Positions 49,729-62,030 of a stretch of DNA of 64,000 nucleotides are shown piece after piece (the stretch's first letter is position 1; every line of letters starts with the position of its first letter). This DNA is from Felis catus (lineage: Eukaryota). Below the pieces are notes generated by a model. The model searched no databases. It saw only the letters and a program-made list of their open reading frames with translations, and had not been told where the DNA came from. Both the position numbers and the translations under genes were made by a program. The stretch lies in contig NC_058382.1 of NCBI RefSeq assembly GCF_018350175.1, positions 53,074,001 to 53,138,000 on the forward strand, given 5' to 3'.

Positions 49729-52507
49729 CCGGGTCAGCCCTTCGTTGAGCTGAGCCTGTCGTATGTGAAAGCTTACAGCGAGGGCCGTCGTTTTCCTAAC
49801 TGATGTCAGTCTCCACCTCTGAGCTCCATGAGGGTTGGGGCCACGTCTGTCGTCCTCACGACGGAATCCCCAGCAGCCAGCCAGGGCCAGGGGCTGCCCG
49901 GGCGGGCGCTCGGGAAACAGCTCCCGCGTGCGCGAAAAGGCGTGCCGGGCCCCTCTCCCACGCTGAGCTGTGGGCACGAAGGGCAACGTCTCGTTTTCCT
50001 CCTCTTCCTGCGTCTGACATCAGAGGATCATACAGGATCCATTACACAGAGGAGTAGATTCGTGCCTCTTGCACAGGCCTCCGCCGGGGTGGGCTCCTGG
50101 GAGGGGGGGAAGGGCAGATCTGGTCCGCCTGCTTGGACCCCAAGGGTCTGTCAGAGGGGCGCCCCTCCCGGCAGACTGCTGATGGCGATGGCCGGGATCG
50201 GCCCGTGCCCCCGAGGGCTAGCGTGCTGGGCTCATGAGCTGGAGCTTAAAGCAATGAGAACAAGACGGGCAGGTCCACCCTTGACCCCTCCGTGTTCACT
50301 GATCGCAAGCTGTGAGTTTCTTTCTTAATTTCAGTGATGTTCATTTGGGGGAAGGGAGCCCAACACAGCTATGATACCCTATCCAACTCCAGAGATCTAG
50401 CACTGGGTATCTCATGGGTCGGGGGAGATGGGGTGGTCCTGGGGGCCCGTGAATGCCCACCTCTGATGGCTCACATGCAGACAAGTCACATCACCTTTTT
50501 TGAGAAGTAAGAGAGATAATGCCGGTAGAAGATACACACGCGCCTAGCACACAGAAAGGCGATAAACGCCCCCGGGGTTAACTTTCAAGTGCCTCTCCGG
50601 GGATAAGCCCAAGTCAGCTCCCCGATTCCCTCAGATTCGTGCTCTGGAACCCCTCCGTGGCGAGTCCGAGACCCAGGCTGGCCGGGAAACAGCCGCGGGC
50701 CTGGCCGTTGCCAGGATGCTTCCGAGGCTGCTCTGTCGCGAGGGGCATTTCCCCAAGAGGAGACCACGAGCATCAGGACACATCACCCCTAGCGGCCCAG
50801 GAAGGACACAGATGTGAGTGCCGGAAGGAACCAAGGGCTTTTGCAAAAAGCACTTTTTCAGGGAGGCCTGACCGAGGGGGGAATCGAGGCAGGAACCCGC
50901 GCCCACCGCCCATGGGCGCCCCCGGAAGCTGGCAGCGTGAGGGAGCCAGGCACACCCAGAGCCCCGTGTCAGTTCAGAAGTGTAACACGCCGGCAGCTTC
51001 CCAAGCCTCCCCCTTCTTACATCCTGCTGTGCACACAGCCCCCACCGCTCTGGGAAAGCAGAGTCAGGGGGCTGTTGGACGCCGTCACTTTCCTTCCTAA
51101 ACCAGGTCATCTGTCACCCTGTACCCCAAAGGCCATGCTGTAGACCTCCGAACGAGGTCTCAGGAAGTGACGGTGGCATCGATTCCAGCAGCTTACGGAC
51201 AGAGATGTGTGCTGATGGTGACGTAACGGGAAGTTCTGGGGCAAACCGAGAAGCTTCTTTGAGAGGATGCCAGGGTTTTGAGGCCACCCTTGCTGGAGAA
51301 TCTGGTAAGAAGAGCGGATGGTTTGGTACACCAAGTCCATCAGACCATCTACCCAAGCACCTGGAGCTGATACTTACTGAGCTCTTATCTTGCCAGGAGA
51401 GGGGTCACGCTGGGGGACAAAACAGCCACAGGTTTTGTCCTTGGGACGCAGCCAACCAAGGAGGAGAATTCAGAGAGCAATCAAATAATCACCCAAAGGA
51501 AGCCACAGATTCTCTTGGGCTGAGCGCGACCGAGCAAGGCCATGCCTGTGTCCCGGGTACCCCGTTCCCAGGTGCACCTTAAAAAGCTGCACTGGCACTC
51601 GGGGGACATTTCAGAAGCGGTGACGGTTACGAGGACGGGTCGGCCCATTGGGTTACACTCGGGCCAGCTGGAGACTCAAGAGAAGACCGCGGGGGTGTCG
51701 AGGTTCCATCTCATGGATGTAAAGGGTTGCTGCTGACTGGGGAGGGAACCGGGCAGAGTTATTCTGAGTGGGACCAGAAGGAAGAACATGGCGGAGCTGC
51801 CCCCGAAAGAGGCGTCTGGTCCCCTTTCTGTCCTCTTGGCCACCCGCGCCCATGCTTGTGATCAGCTCCCATGGAAAGGACGTTCTGCGTATTCCGATGG
51901 CTTATCTCATCCTTGTGAATCTCCTTCGCCTCTTTCCTGCCGCGTGTTTTCCTATTCCCCTGCTGCAGCTTTCCTGGGGAATCTCCCCCAGCCTTGTCAC
52001 CCACTGACAGCCTCCCAAATGCCTTGGATGATGCTCTTCTGGGACACGGTGGGGGACACGGTAGCAGCTAAAACCGTGGGTGTAGGAGCCAGACAAACGT
52101 ACCACATCTCAGCACCACCACCAAAGAAGTCACGTGGCCTTGTGTGCACGGTTCTCTGAGTCGGTTTCCTCATCTGTAGGGTGGGGAGAGTCATGTGTGG
52201 ATACCCACAGGCTCAGGAGACATGATCTACTTTCTTTCTTTCTTTCTTTCTTTTTTTTTTCTGGAAAAGCAATTAATCAATTCGACTGAATTACTCTGCA
52301 GCCGGGAGCCCAAGGGGCCAAGCGGACCCAAGCTCGGACAACCAAACAGGGCAAGTGGTGCCTTTTCTGCTTGTGGGCACTTCCATGAAATCCCAGAACA
52401 GGCAAGATCTACCTGAGGGAGGCAAGAAATGAAGCCTCGGAAGCTCCTGAGGAGAAAGTCACGGGCAACCCGGCAGAGATGACTCTGGAATGTCCACCTG
52501 TCCCTTC

Positions 52508-52709
52508 GCTGGCTGTGTGTCAGAACTGCCGGCTCCGCGACAGCTGACTCTGCAAATCTCTTCCTGACTCCTGCTCAGTGACGTCACGCCGTTAGCCTCA
52601 ATCAGCCGGGGCGGTGGCATTTACACCACGGAAATTGGCAAGAGCTCCGAATCAGAGCTCTCCCACCCCCACAGAGCTGATTCGTAGACAATTTCCCAGC
52701 ACGTCACTT
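52508..52709 (+). mobile_element. MER63A-like hAT (Blackjack) MITE
   Basis: TCTCTTCC...CAGTGACGTCACG...CATTTACACCACGGAAATTGGCAAG...AATCAG...CCAGCACGTCACT. Confidence 0.75.
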
Positions 52710-53544
52710 CCTCTGAGAGTCGGAGAAGAGTGGCCCAAGTCACACGATTCACCTTCAAAATCCGTGTGGGTGAGGAAAAGGCATCAGTGGTGCAGAGGAA
52801 CACGGCACCCTAGAACAGCTCCTTCTGTCCTGGGTGGAGACACAGGGCACTTCAGCAGCCTTTGCACCAAGGATCCGCGTCCCCGTCTGTCGGGCCCTCG
52901 CCAGAGAAGCAGAGGGTGCCTGCCTTAACCTCAGAATGCCAGCATCCTGGGAGAGTCTTGGGAGCCCCTCATCCGGGAATGATACAGGGCTCTCCGGTGA
53001 CTTGGGAACAGCAGCACCTCCGCAGCCAAGAGCCCGCGCCGGAGTCTCGCAATAATCCACCATCGCCTTATAGGGCCCGGAGGAGGCCAGGCATGGTGTT
53101 GAAGTTTGATTAGTAATAAGAACATAGCAGCTTAACCTCTAACATTTAGCACTCTCCCCCGGATCGAATGACTGATCTCTATCTGGGTGAGCCATGCTAG
53201 CCGGCTGCCTGGGAACATGACACCTCTCTAAAAGCTGTCAGTCTCTGTCACTGTCTTTGCACAATGGAGCCCATAGCTATTTTTAAAGGACTGTGTCACC
53301 TTTCAAGAGAAATTGTGTCTGCACGGAAGATTGACTTTTTTTTTTTTTTTGGTTGTTTTATATATGGGATTTGGTGGTCTTTGATCTCCCAAGGTGACGC
53401 TGGGTGCCTAATCCCCCACAAGCAGGCACTGTTTTGAATCTTCCTGTAGGGAGAATAATTGCCCAATGTCCATGTTGTCTGTGCAAAGGAAAGGAATGGA
53501 ACAGAGGGGACACAGAAATGATTTCTTCACTGAAGTAACCACTA

Positions 53545-53576
53545 TTTAAAAAAATGTTTAAGTTTATCCACTTCTT

Positions 53577-53617
<41 letters not shown>

Positions 53618-53781
53618 CGCGCGCAAGCAGAGAAAGGGCAGAGAGAAGGAGAGACAGAATCCCAAGGCAGCTCTGTGCCATCAGAGAGCCTGATGTCGGG
53701 GTCGAACTCACAAACGGTGAGATCATGACCTGATCCGAGATCAAGAGTCAGATGCTTACCAACTACACCACCCAGGCACTC
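53545..53781 (-). mobile_element. SINEC with (GA)n(GC)6 tract
   Basis: GAGATCATGACCTGATCCGAGATCAAGAGTCAGATGCTTA...CACCCAGGCAC. Confidence 0.92.
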
Positions 53782-55004
53782 TGAAATGATCACTCTTTTG
53801 TTTAATCCTTTCCAAACTTCTGCAAGATAGGGGTTGGCTGTTAACCCTATATGCAGATGATGCCAACCAGCATGGTCGACTCTGGCATTAAAGCCCTGGG
53901 TTAATAACCCCAGATGGGCTTGGGGGCAGATTCCTACCTATGACCCTGTCCTTCGGTCTTCTCACCTGTGAAGTGGTGATATAAACAGTGCTTAGCACAC
54001 CGCAAGGTCGCTGTAAGAATTTGGTCAGTTCCTCCAAGCACCTTGAGCCTACTTAGCAGCCTACCATATGGGCTTGCTTTGGAGGATGGGGTCTAGTGAC
54101 CACTGCTTTTCAGATTCGTCCCTAAATCTACTGCTCCGATTAATTCTCCCTGATGCCTTGAAACATTTCACGGGGTGGGGGGGGGACAGCAGCACTTGCC
54201 TCAATGACATTATTTGTTAGGAGGATTAAACTGAGATCCTTAATTTCAAGTGTTGACTCAGTACCCGGCACACGGAAAGTTCTCAGCACATGTTGGCCCT
54301 TTATTAGTCATCATTAGCAATAGTCTTATTGTGAGGAAACTGTAATTTAAAAAGTGTGGATGGACCATGGCCATAAAAAGGCATTTGGTGCCATGAAAAC
54401 TCATAGAACGTTCTGGGCAACTTGTCCAAGGCAGACGAGGTGGTCAAGTCAGATGCCGTAAGACTATTCAGACCATTGATGAAATGGTCTTTAGGTTCTC
54501 CTTAAAGAAGTGAAACCCCAAGCTGCAGTTGATGCACGATGGGTGTGGTCTGTGCCATGGGGTCACATGGGTCTCCATCACTGCCCTGCTCAGAGCAAAG
54601 GTGTTGCCCTTTACGAAAGAGACGCGTGTGAGCGTGCTCGCACTTGGCACGTTTTCAGTTAAAGCACACTGTTGGTTACATGCTGGCGTGTCCGTTTTTA
54701 TGATCCCTCGCTCCAACTACATTTCATGAGTCACCATCCAACCACTAATGCTGTCCGCCTTGCGCAGGGACTTTGTGGTTCATCTGCAAACTCATTCCGT
54801 CTTCAGGAGTTGCCCCACATCTCCCATTACCACCCAGTTGGGATTCCTAAAAGGGACGGCACATGCAGAAAAGAAGAGGGGCAAAGTGGAGTCTGTCTGG
54901 ACATCTAGTAACTTAAAAATCACTTAGAATGTTCCTAGCTCAAGATAAGCCATGAGGGATGCCCTGATGAACGAGGGAGGAAAGGAAGGTGGGGAGAGCA
55001 GGGG

Positions 55005-55034
55005 GGAAATTTCTGGAAATTTCTGGAAATTTCT
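55005..55034. promoter_or_regulatory. (GGAAATTTCT)3 tandem repeat forming a perfect 6-pentamer heat-shock element
   Basis: gGAAa tTTCt gGAAa tTTCt gGAAa tTTCt; motif is certain, function untested. Confidence 0.55.
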
Positions 55035-56369
55035 CAGCTCAGGGCAGGACACAAATGAAAGTAATTACAACAGAATGAGATTGGTGCTTAGGTGGAGGCC
55101 TGATAAAGTATATGGAAACATAAAGAAAGGGATGGCTCATTCTGCCTGTGGTTGCTGGGGCCAGACATCAAAATAGAGAGGAGATTCCAGGTGGGCGACA
55201 GAGGGTGATTAGGAGTTCACTACGTGGAAAGGCATGTGAGCATGGGGATGACCAAACCAAATACCTGGAGGGTAGAAAAGTGTGACCTATGGCAGACCTA
55301 GACAGTTCAACGTCATACCTTTAATGTTTACGCTGCCCTTCCAGAACCTAACACAGCACTGGGATGGGTATTCAGCTTGGCAAATATCTAGTGAAGGAAT
55401 GACTTATCGGTGGGTGGCCTCTTCATTCCACTTTGTAATCGGGAGCCCCGGCTCTCCTCTTAGAAGTCCTATAGGCTCTGGGAGTCTACTGCATTTCTTA
55501 AAGGGGAGGAGGTATCTGGGTCTCAGCTCTGCTCACTCATATGTCTGTGGATTGGTTGGGAGCTGGCTGATCTAGGCTGGATGGGTCGCGACCAAAAGGT
55601 CTTTACTTCCCTGTCTTCAAAATGATGCCATAGTACCCAGAGGCCGATTAGCTCACAGGGGAGAAGTGTCTCAGAACCATGAAACTTCTGGCAAGGTGCG
55701 TATTCCTTCAAAATTATGCTACCTGTGCTGTTTCCAAGAACACTAAAACAGTGCTTTTCAGAACAACACCTGGACTGGGTTTAAAGGCTCGTCAGTCTGC
55801 AGATTTGACCTGTTAGGATTTAATGACTCTTTCAATCTTTGTGATCTGATCTCTGCCAAGTCAGCTTTTCGAAACACACATTTCCACAAACACCTGTTTA
55901 ATTTTGAGATCTCCTCTTCATCCTGGTTCTCTGTAAAACCATTTAAGGTTCTGTTGTGTTTTTCCTTCAGCAAAATGAATATTTGTTTACCGTTGCTAAG
56001 AATACGCCTGGTTTACCAGCTGTCATTCTCATGGTGGTAAGCTTTTCCTGAGCCTGGGAATGGTGTCAGGACATTCGAAACCTCAAGAAAGGGGAACAGG
56101 CAACAAGAATTCAGCTGTAAGAGAGTCAACCTTTAAAAAATAACTATGGGGTGGAATCTCATGGTACCAAATATCTTTTGGAAACCCAGGTAGAAAATAG
56201 AAATCAAGAGTATAGGCCGGGTAATGCCTATGAATAGTGGCCAGATTGCCTAAGTTCAAATCTCAAGTTGCTTTTGTGATGTTGGATAAGTCTCAGAAAC
56301 TATCTAAGTCTCAGTGCCGTTAGCTCTAAAACTGGACTGTTAATAATAATAACTTACAGTTAGGGATTT

Positions 56370-56757
56370 TTATATATGTTGAGTTTTCCCACCCTTCTAG
56401 ACACCTGAAGAGATTGTACCTTCTGGTCCCTTAAGGTTAGGTATGACTAAGTGACTTGCTTTAATCAATGAAACGTGAAGAGAAGTTAAGGGTGCTGGCT
56501 TTTACAGGGAAAGTTTTGAATGTCAAGATGCAATTTTTCATATTTTCTTTCTATGTCCCATCATAACTGGTAACCTTCAGATGGGGTTCTCCGTCAGAGG
56601 ATGGGGTGCTGGCAGGAGAAAGATGTGGAAGCTGAGACACTCACTGACCCATGATGGACAGGTAGCATGAGCAAGGAATAAGCCAATGACTACTTAAACC
56701 ATGGAGATTTGGTAGTTGTTGTTACAGCAGCAGAGCCTTACCCATACAGACTCATAA
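56370..56757 (+). mobile_element. MaLR LTR (MLT1H/K-like) inserted into a MIR (about 56225-56830)
   Basis: GTGACTTGCTTTAATCAATGAAACGTG...GTAGCATGAGCAAGGAATAAGCC...GTTGTTACAGCAGCA. Confidence 0.7.
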
Positions 56758-57574
56758 AGACTTCCTGAGGTCACACACGGAAAGGACTCACCACAGCACC
56801 TGGTGTGTAACAAGTGTTCCATAAATACTAGTTTCCATTGCTGTCGGTCCCCAAAGAAACACTATGAAGAACTCAAGAACATTTTCCCTCTGTCTGACAA
56901 AGAATGGCCTCCCTCAAATCAGTCATTTCTTCTTTGCTGCACTTTGATTCTCCCCAAGTGCACAAAGGTCAGCCAGGCAGAGATTGGAGTCTCCTGCATT
57001 GATGAGTCAAGTTTCTCCTCCCCTTGAAACGGTTCTCTTTCTGTCAGTCCTGTGGGTATGTAACTTCACTGAACACCCACTTCCCTAAGGAAGTTAGCTC
57101 CTCTGGCATGGCCACACCGGTGATAGCCTTGCGCTACTGATCAGTTGCGCCTCGTCTCAGTGGCCGCTGGGTGAGGCCACTGTGAATGAGGCCCCACTTT
57201 CCTGGCTGGGGAGACAGCAGGTGTCACCCACAGGGCTGAGGGAAGAAAGAAAGCCCAGGAGACACAGTCACAGGGCTGCCTGTCTGCAATCAGGACAGAC
57301 GTGATGGGGTCTTGGGTTTACAGCCAAGCCGGGGCTTTAGGAATTCCTACTTCACTTCCCAAGAGCTTATATGAAAGGAAGTAAAGGTTCAGACCATCAT
57401 GTGCAAGGAAACCAGAGACTTAAAAGATGTGACATCCACAGAGACAGCGGAAGGGTCAACATGGAAAAGGAGGAGGAGGGTTATCGGATGTGAAGCACCA
57501 GCTACGCAGGCTGCATACGTTTTCTCATCTTACGGGATACTGACTCCCCTAATCAAAATAAACTTAGCCACCAT

Positions 57575-57790
57575 TTATTGAGCCTGAACTCCTTCCCCAA
57601 ACTGGCTTACGTACGTGAACTCATCACCTCCTCATGCCAACTCTGCTCGAGATGTATTACCAATTTTAGCCCCTTTAACAAATAGAGAAACTGGAATCCA
57701 AGGGGGTTATACAGCCCAAGGTCACCCAGCCAGTGATCATCAGGGCAACGATTCTAGCCTAGCTTGGTCAAACCTCAAAAGCTTCTACGT
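57575..57790 (-). mobile_element. MIR SINE
   Basis: TTTAACAAATAGAGAAACTGG...GCCCAAGGTCACCCAGCCAGTG. Confidence 0.8.
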
Positions 57791-57859
57791 CCCCATCTGA
57801 TATTTCTGTGCCCCCATCTATTATGTCCAGCTCTGACTTCACCCAGATTTCCTGACGAT

Positions 57860-58010
57860 AATAATCACCTGTGAACCTGTGAAGGTTAAAAAAAGAAACT
57901 CAAGTCCCCAAGCTCCTCTTGATTCAGGACATCTGAGATGGGACCAGAATTTATGTTCTAGAAAGTCCCTTGGTGATTCGTATAGCCAGGTGAGGTTAGG
58001 CATCATTGGC
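57860..58010. mobile_element. MER5-like hAT MITE
   Basis: AATCACCTG...TGATTCAGGACATCTGAGATGGGACCAGAATTT...GGTGATTC. Confidence 0.55.
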
Positions 58011-58793
58011 TCACAGGCTTTAAGAGCCAGAAACCTATGCAGTCGCCTGGGGTCCACACTCGGCAGGATTGTGCTTGTGTTTGGTGCTCTGTTCTGAAAT
58101 TCATAATAATTTCATCCCTGAACTTGTGGTTTGTACGCAAAGTCCCATGCGCGCACGCAAACAGAGGAGATACCCAATACGCGTGTCCACCCATCCTTGC
58201 TGCGCTGGGTACAGATGGTGAACGCAGAAATAACGCAGGGACATCCTCAGGAAAATGAGTGATCAGGGAGCCCGATCATATCCTGTCTTACTGATGTTTC
58301 TTCCCTGTGTTGGGCAACGACTTAAGCTGAAAACGATGAACCGGAGGCCCAAGGAGATATTGGGCAACTCATAGTTCCCTTTCCTTCTAGTCCTTCCCTG
58401 CCGATCAGTCGGTCAAGGTAGAGACTGTTGGTTGGATGTGAGCATAGCAAGAGGCGGGATAAAAGCAGCAGAGTTCTGTACGACATTTCCACTGTTCCCA
58501 TAAAGAACGAAGTGCATCTGCACGTATGAGCTACAAGATACAAGTTGTGTAACTTCGGCAATTGCACACAGTAAGTTAAACACTCTTACAGTTGCGTTTA
58601 AAAATGGTATTGAATGATTGAGAGGTGGATGTGCAAACTCAAGCTAGTACAGTTTGCCTTTTTCGTTACTTAGAATGGCATCACGTCGCTGACGAGAAAA
58701 CACCACGGTGATTGGGGAAAGACACCACGGAAGCAAAGAAAAGGCTTTATGTTTTAATACCATGAATGATACCTGTTTTTCCTCCTGATTTCT

Positions 58794-59009
58794 TTTTTAA
58801 ATTTAATGTTTATTTACTTGAGAGAGAGAGCGCGCGCGCGAGTTGGGGAGGGGCAGAGAGAGAGAGGGAGCCACAGAATCCGAAGCAGGCTCCAGGCTCT
58901 GAGCTGTCAGCACAGAGCCCGACGCGGGGCTCGAACCCACAGACCACGAGATCATGCATGACCTGGGCCGAAGTCGGACGCTTAACCGAGTGAGCCGCCC
59001 AGGCGTCCC
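58794..59009 (-). mobile_element. SINEC
   Basis: Perfect 17-bp TSD TTTTCCTCCTGATTTCT at 58777-58793 and 59010-59026. Confidence 0.97.
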
Positions 59010-60131
59010 TTTTCCTCCTGATTTCTGAATAAAGAGTTCATACCTCCTCTTGCACAGGTCCCTGGGAATTACGTAGCAGGCTCTCCTGATCAAAATATCC
59101 GGATGCTCTCTTTATATTTCCATGCCTTACAAAAATAAAATAGGCCTGTCTTGACTAAGGTAAACATCTGAGCCCGTCACTTTTTGGAATTTCAGTTATG
59201 AGCTCTACAAATAAACAGTGGTGGAAAACAGATCCTACACTAGTTCGGGGCAGATCATCCCCTAGACGACCAAATCTCAGATCATGATGTGTTTGCACAT
59301 TTGTTTGCTTGATTGTTAAAAGAAAAAAAAAATGTTCCACCAAAGATGTTTTGGAGGGCTCACGATTAGAGCCCTCGATTAGATGCCTGGCCTCCAAGTT
59401 CAAGGTGTTGAGGGTGTGTGATGGGGAGAAGCAGGGAATCATGGGAAAATTCCCCCCATTGAAACTGGCAATGGCAGAGGCTGCCTGACCCTGTGGCAAG
59501 AGCACAGATTCTGTGACTGGTCAGCCCTTGGCTTGAATCCCAGACCAACCACCCGTTAGCTCTATCGCTTGGGACAACTCTTCTTTCTGGGTCTCAGTTT
59601 TCTTGCCTGTGTCAAGGGCATGCCAATACCCGTCCCATGAGTGCTGTTAGGAGGCAAAAAGAAACCTACCCCTTTTCTCTTTCTCCTTGTCCCGTCTCTC
59701 TTCTAAGGGAGGTAGGTGGTTCTCTACAGTTACCCCAGAAAAGGCGGAGTGGAACGGAGTGATTGCTTTTTGCTTCTGCAAATCTGACAGGCCCCAGCCC
59801 CCTAAGAAAGGAAGGGAGGGAGGGACCCGGTGGGGGTACGGAGGGAAGTGTTTAAAATGGAAAACGCAGCTTTCTGTGACCACGCATTGGCCAGAAGGAC
59901 CGGCATGCTCACGGCGAACAGCTGTCCCTCCACTGTGCTTGAGTTCCCACTGTCTCCAGCAAACCCTACAAACACAAGGGCTTTTCCACCTTCTAGATGC
60001 AGAGACTCAGAGGCTCCCCCTCCCCCTGGCCCTGCCACCACAGCTCTATCCCCTCAAGGCTCCTCCTCACCTGCCAAGTGGGGGTTCTGGCACTGCCTTT
60101 AGGGGACTAGACAGGACCCAAGGACACAGGG

Positions 60132-60443
60132 CAGTGCTGTCCAACAGAACTTTCTGAAAACAATTTTTTTTTAATGTGTATTTATTTTCAAAGGAGCTAA
60201 AGACGGAGCGTGAGTTGAGGAGGGCCAGAGAGAGAGGGAGACACAGAATCGGAAGCAGGTTCCAGGCTCCGAGCTGTCAGCACAGAGCCCGACGCGGGGC
60301 TCGAACCCATGAACCGTGAGATCATGACCTGAGCCGAAATCGAGAGTCAGGGGCTTAATGGGCTGAGCTACCCAGGCACCTCTCATTCTAGTTAAACTCA
60401 TGTGGAAATCGCCACGCGTGTGACTATGGCATCGGACGGCACT
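60132..60443. mobile_element. MER3-like MITE ends flanking a SINEC
   Basis: CAGTGCTGTCCAACAGAACTTTCTG (left end); AATCGCCACGCGTGTGACTATGGCATCGGACGGCAC (degenerate right end). Confidence 0.6.
60164..60382 (-). mobile_element. SINEC, no visible TSD
   Basis: GAGACACAGAATCGGAAGCAGG...CTGAGCTACCCAGGCACC. Confidence 0.94.
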
Positions 60444-61269
60444 CACCTAGCAAATGCACAAGCCCCACACGCCGTAGGCACTCACTAACCCAGCACTTCG
60501 CTCCTTTATTTATATTGCCTCTGCAAGACTTCACAAAACCAAACTCCTCTGGGCCGGCGGGGGGGGGGGGGGGGGCGGGGGGCTGCATCTCATGGGCCTT
60601 GCCAGCGGCTAAGTACTTTCACCAGAGGAAGAAGCCTGACCAGACACCGGACCAGGCCAATCCACTATGTTATCACACACTCCATGTGTCCAACGAGTGA
60701 CAGGTGCAGAAAGATCCCGGCCACACGGCTTCCTGCAGGCCCTGCCCTGAGCCCAGAGGCTTCCCCATCTGCACACTGCTTCCTGCTCCCCCCCAAAGAA
60801 GCAGAGGGGGGATCTCCGGCTCCACACAGGGGTCACCCAGGCTGGGGACCTTTCAGAGGGCATCTTGTCTGGGGGTGCCGACTCTTTCCTCTCCCTGAAG
60901 CTCATTTTATCAAAACTCTGGAATAAGCCATGTGCCCTGGGCTCCGGGCTCCAGGTTTTGTCTGCTTGAAAGCCCCCGCAGGAGGAGAGAACGGCACGAG
61001 TTGGGAGTGGAGCATTGGACAGTATCGAGTTTTGAACGACCGACACCTGGTCTCTAGACCTTTTCTAGAGCTCAGGGTCCACGAGTCCAGGGAGGGTGTC
61101 CTTTACAGAGCGATCCAGGTGAGACAGGGCTCTTTAGCACATGAACACAAGAGGAGGGATATCGGGCAGTTTTTACAAGGGAAACAAAACACGTAGATAC
61201 TTGTGAAATGACTACCAGGCATCAGGCATGCTTCTGGAAACATACCTCTTCTCAGAGCAGATGCTGAAG

Positions 61270-62030
61270 TCTTTCTCTAAGCAGCCTTCAAGTCCCTACC
61301 AAGATGGCCTCTGCTCCCCTTTGGCTCCAGCTCTTACTTTTCTCCTTCCCTCTGCCCACTCTAGACACAAGAATTAGCCTCCGTTTCTGGAACATGCCAT
61401 TCCACCTCCTACCTCAGGACCTTGACACGTGCTTTTGTCTGACGTCCACACGACAGACTCCTCAAATCTTGAGTCTTTGCTTAGATATCAGCTGCCCAGT
61501 CAAGCCTTCCTTGGCCTTCTCTCCCAATTTAAAACTGGAACGTCTTGCCTCTCACCTCCGACCTCATTTCCTGCTTTACATTTCTACATTTGATATCTCA
61601 CTTTTTAATGCACCATAGTTTTGTTTTTTTTGTTTTTTGTTTTTTTTTTTTTATTGTCCATCCCCTGCCCCTAGTAGAAAATGAGAATCAGGGGGGCGCC
61701 TGGGTGGCGCAGTCGGTTAAGCGTCCGACTTCAGCCAGGTCACGATCTCGCGGTCCGTGAGTTCGAGCCCCGCGTCGGGCTCTGGGCTGATGGCTCAGAG
61801 CCTGGAGCCTGTTTCCGATTCTGTCTCCCTCTCTCTCTGCCCCTCCCCCGTTCATGCTCTGTCTCTCTCTGTCCCAAAAATAAATAAACGTTGAAAAGAA
61901 ATATTAAAAAAAAATGAGAATCAGGAAGGCTGGGAGTTTTATCTGCTTTGTTCTCGGCTACATCATCAGCACCTTGAACAGAGCTGGGCACACAGGAGGA
62001 GCGCAAGGAATATTCACTGAGTGTATGGAT
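61270..62030 (+). mobile_element. L2 3' remnant interrupted by a SINEC
   Basis: CCTACCTCAGGACCTTGACACGTGCT...GGGCACACAGGAGGAGCGCAAGGAATATTCACTGAGTG. Confidence 0.75.
61693..61910 (+). mobile_element. Young felid SINE (SINEC_Fc-type), full length
   Basis: Perfect TSD AAAATGAGAATCAGG at 61678-61692 and 61911-61925. Confidence 0.98.
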
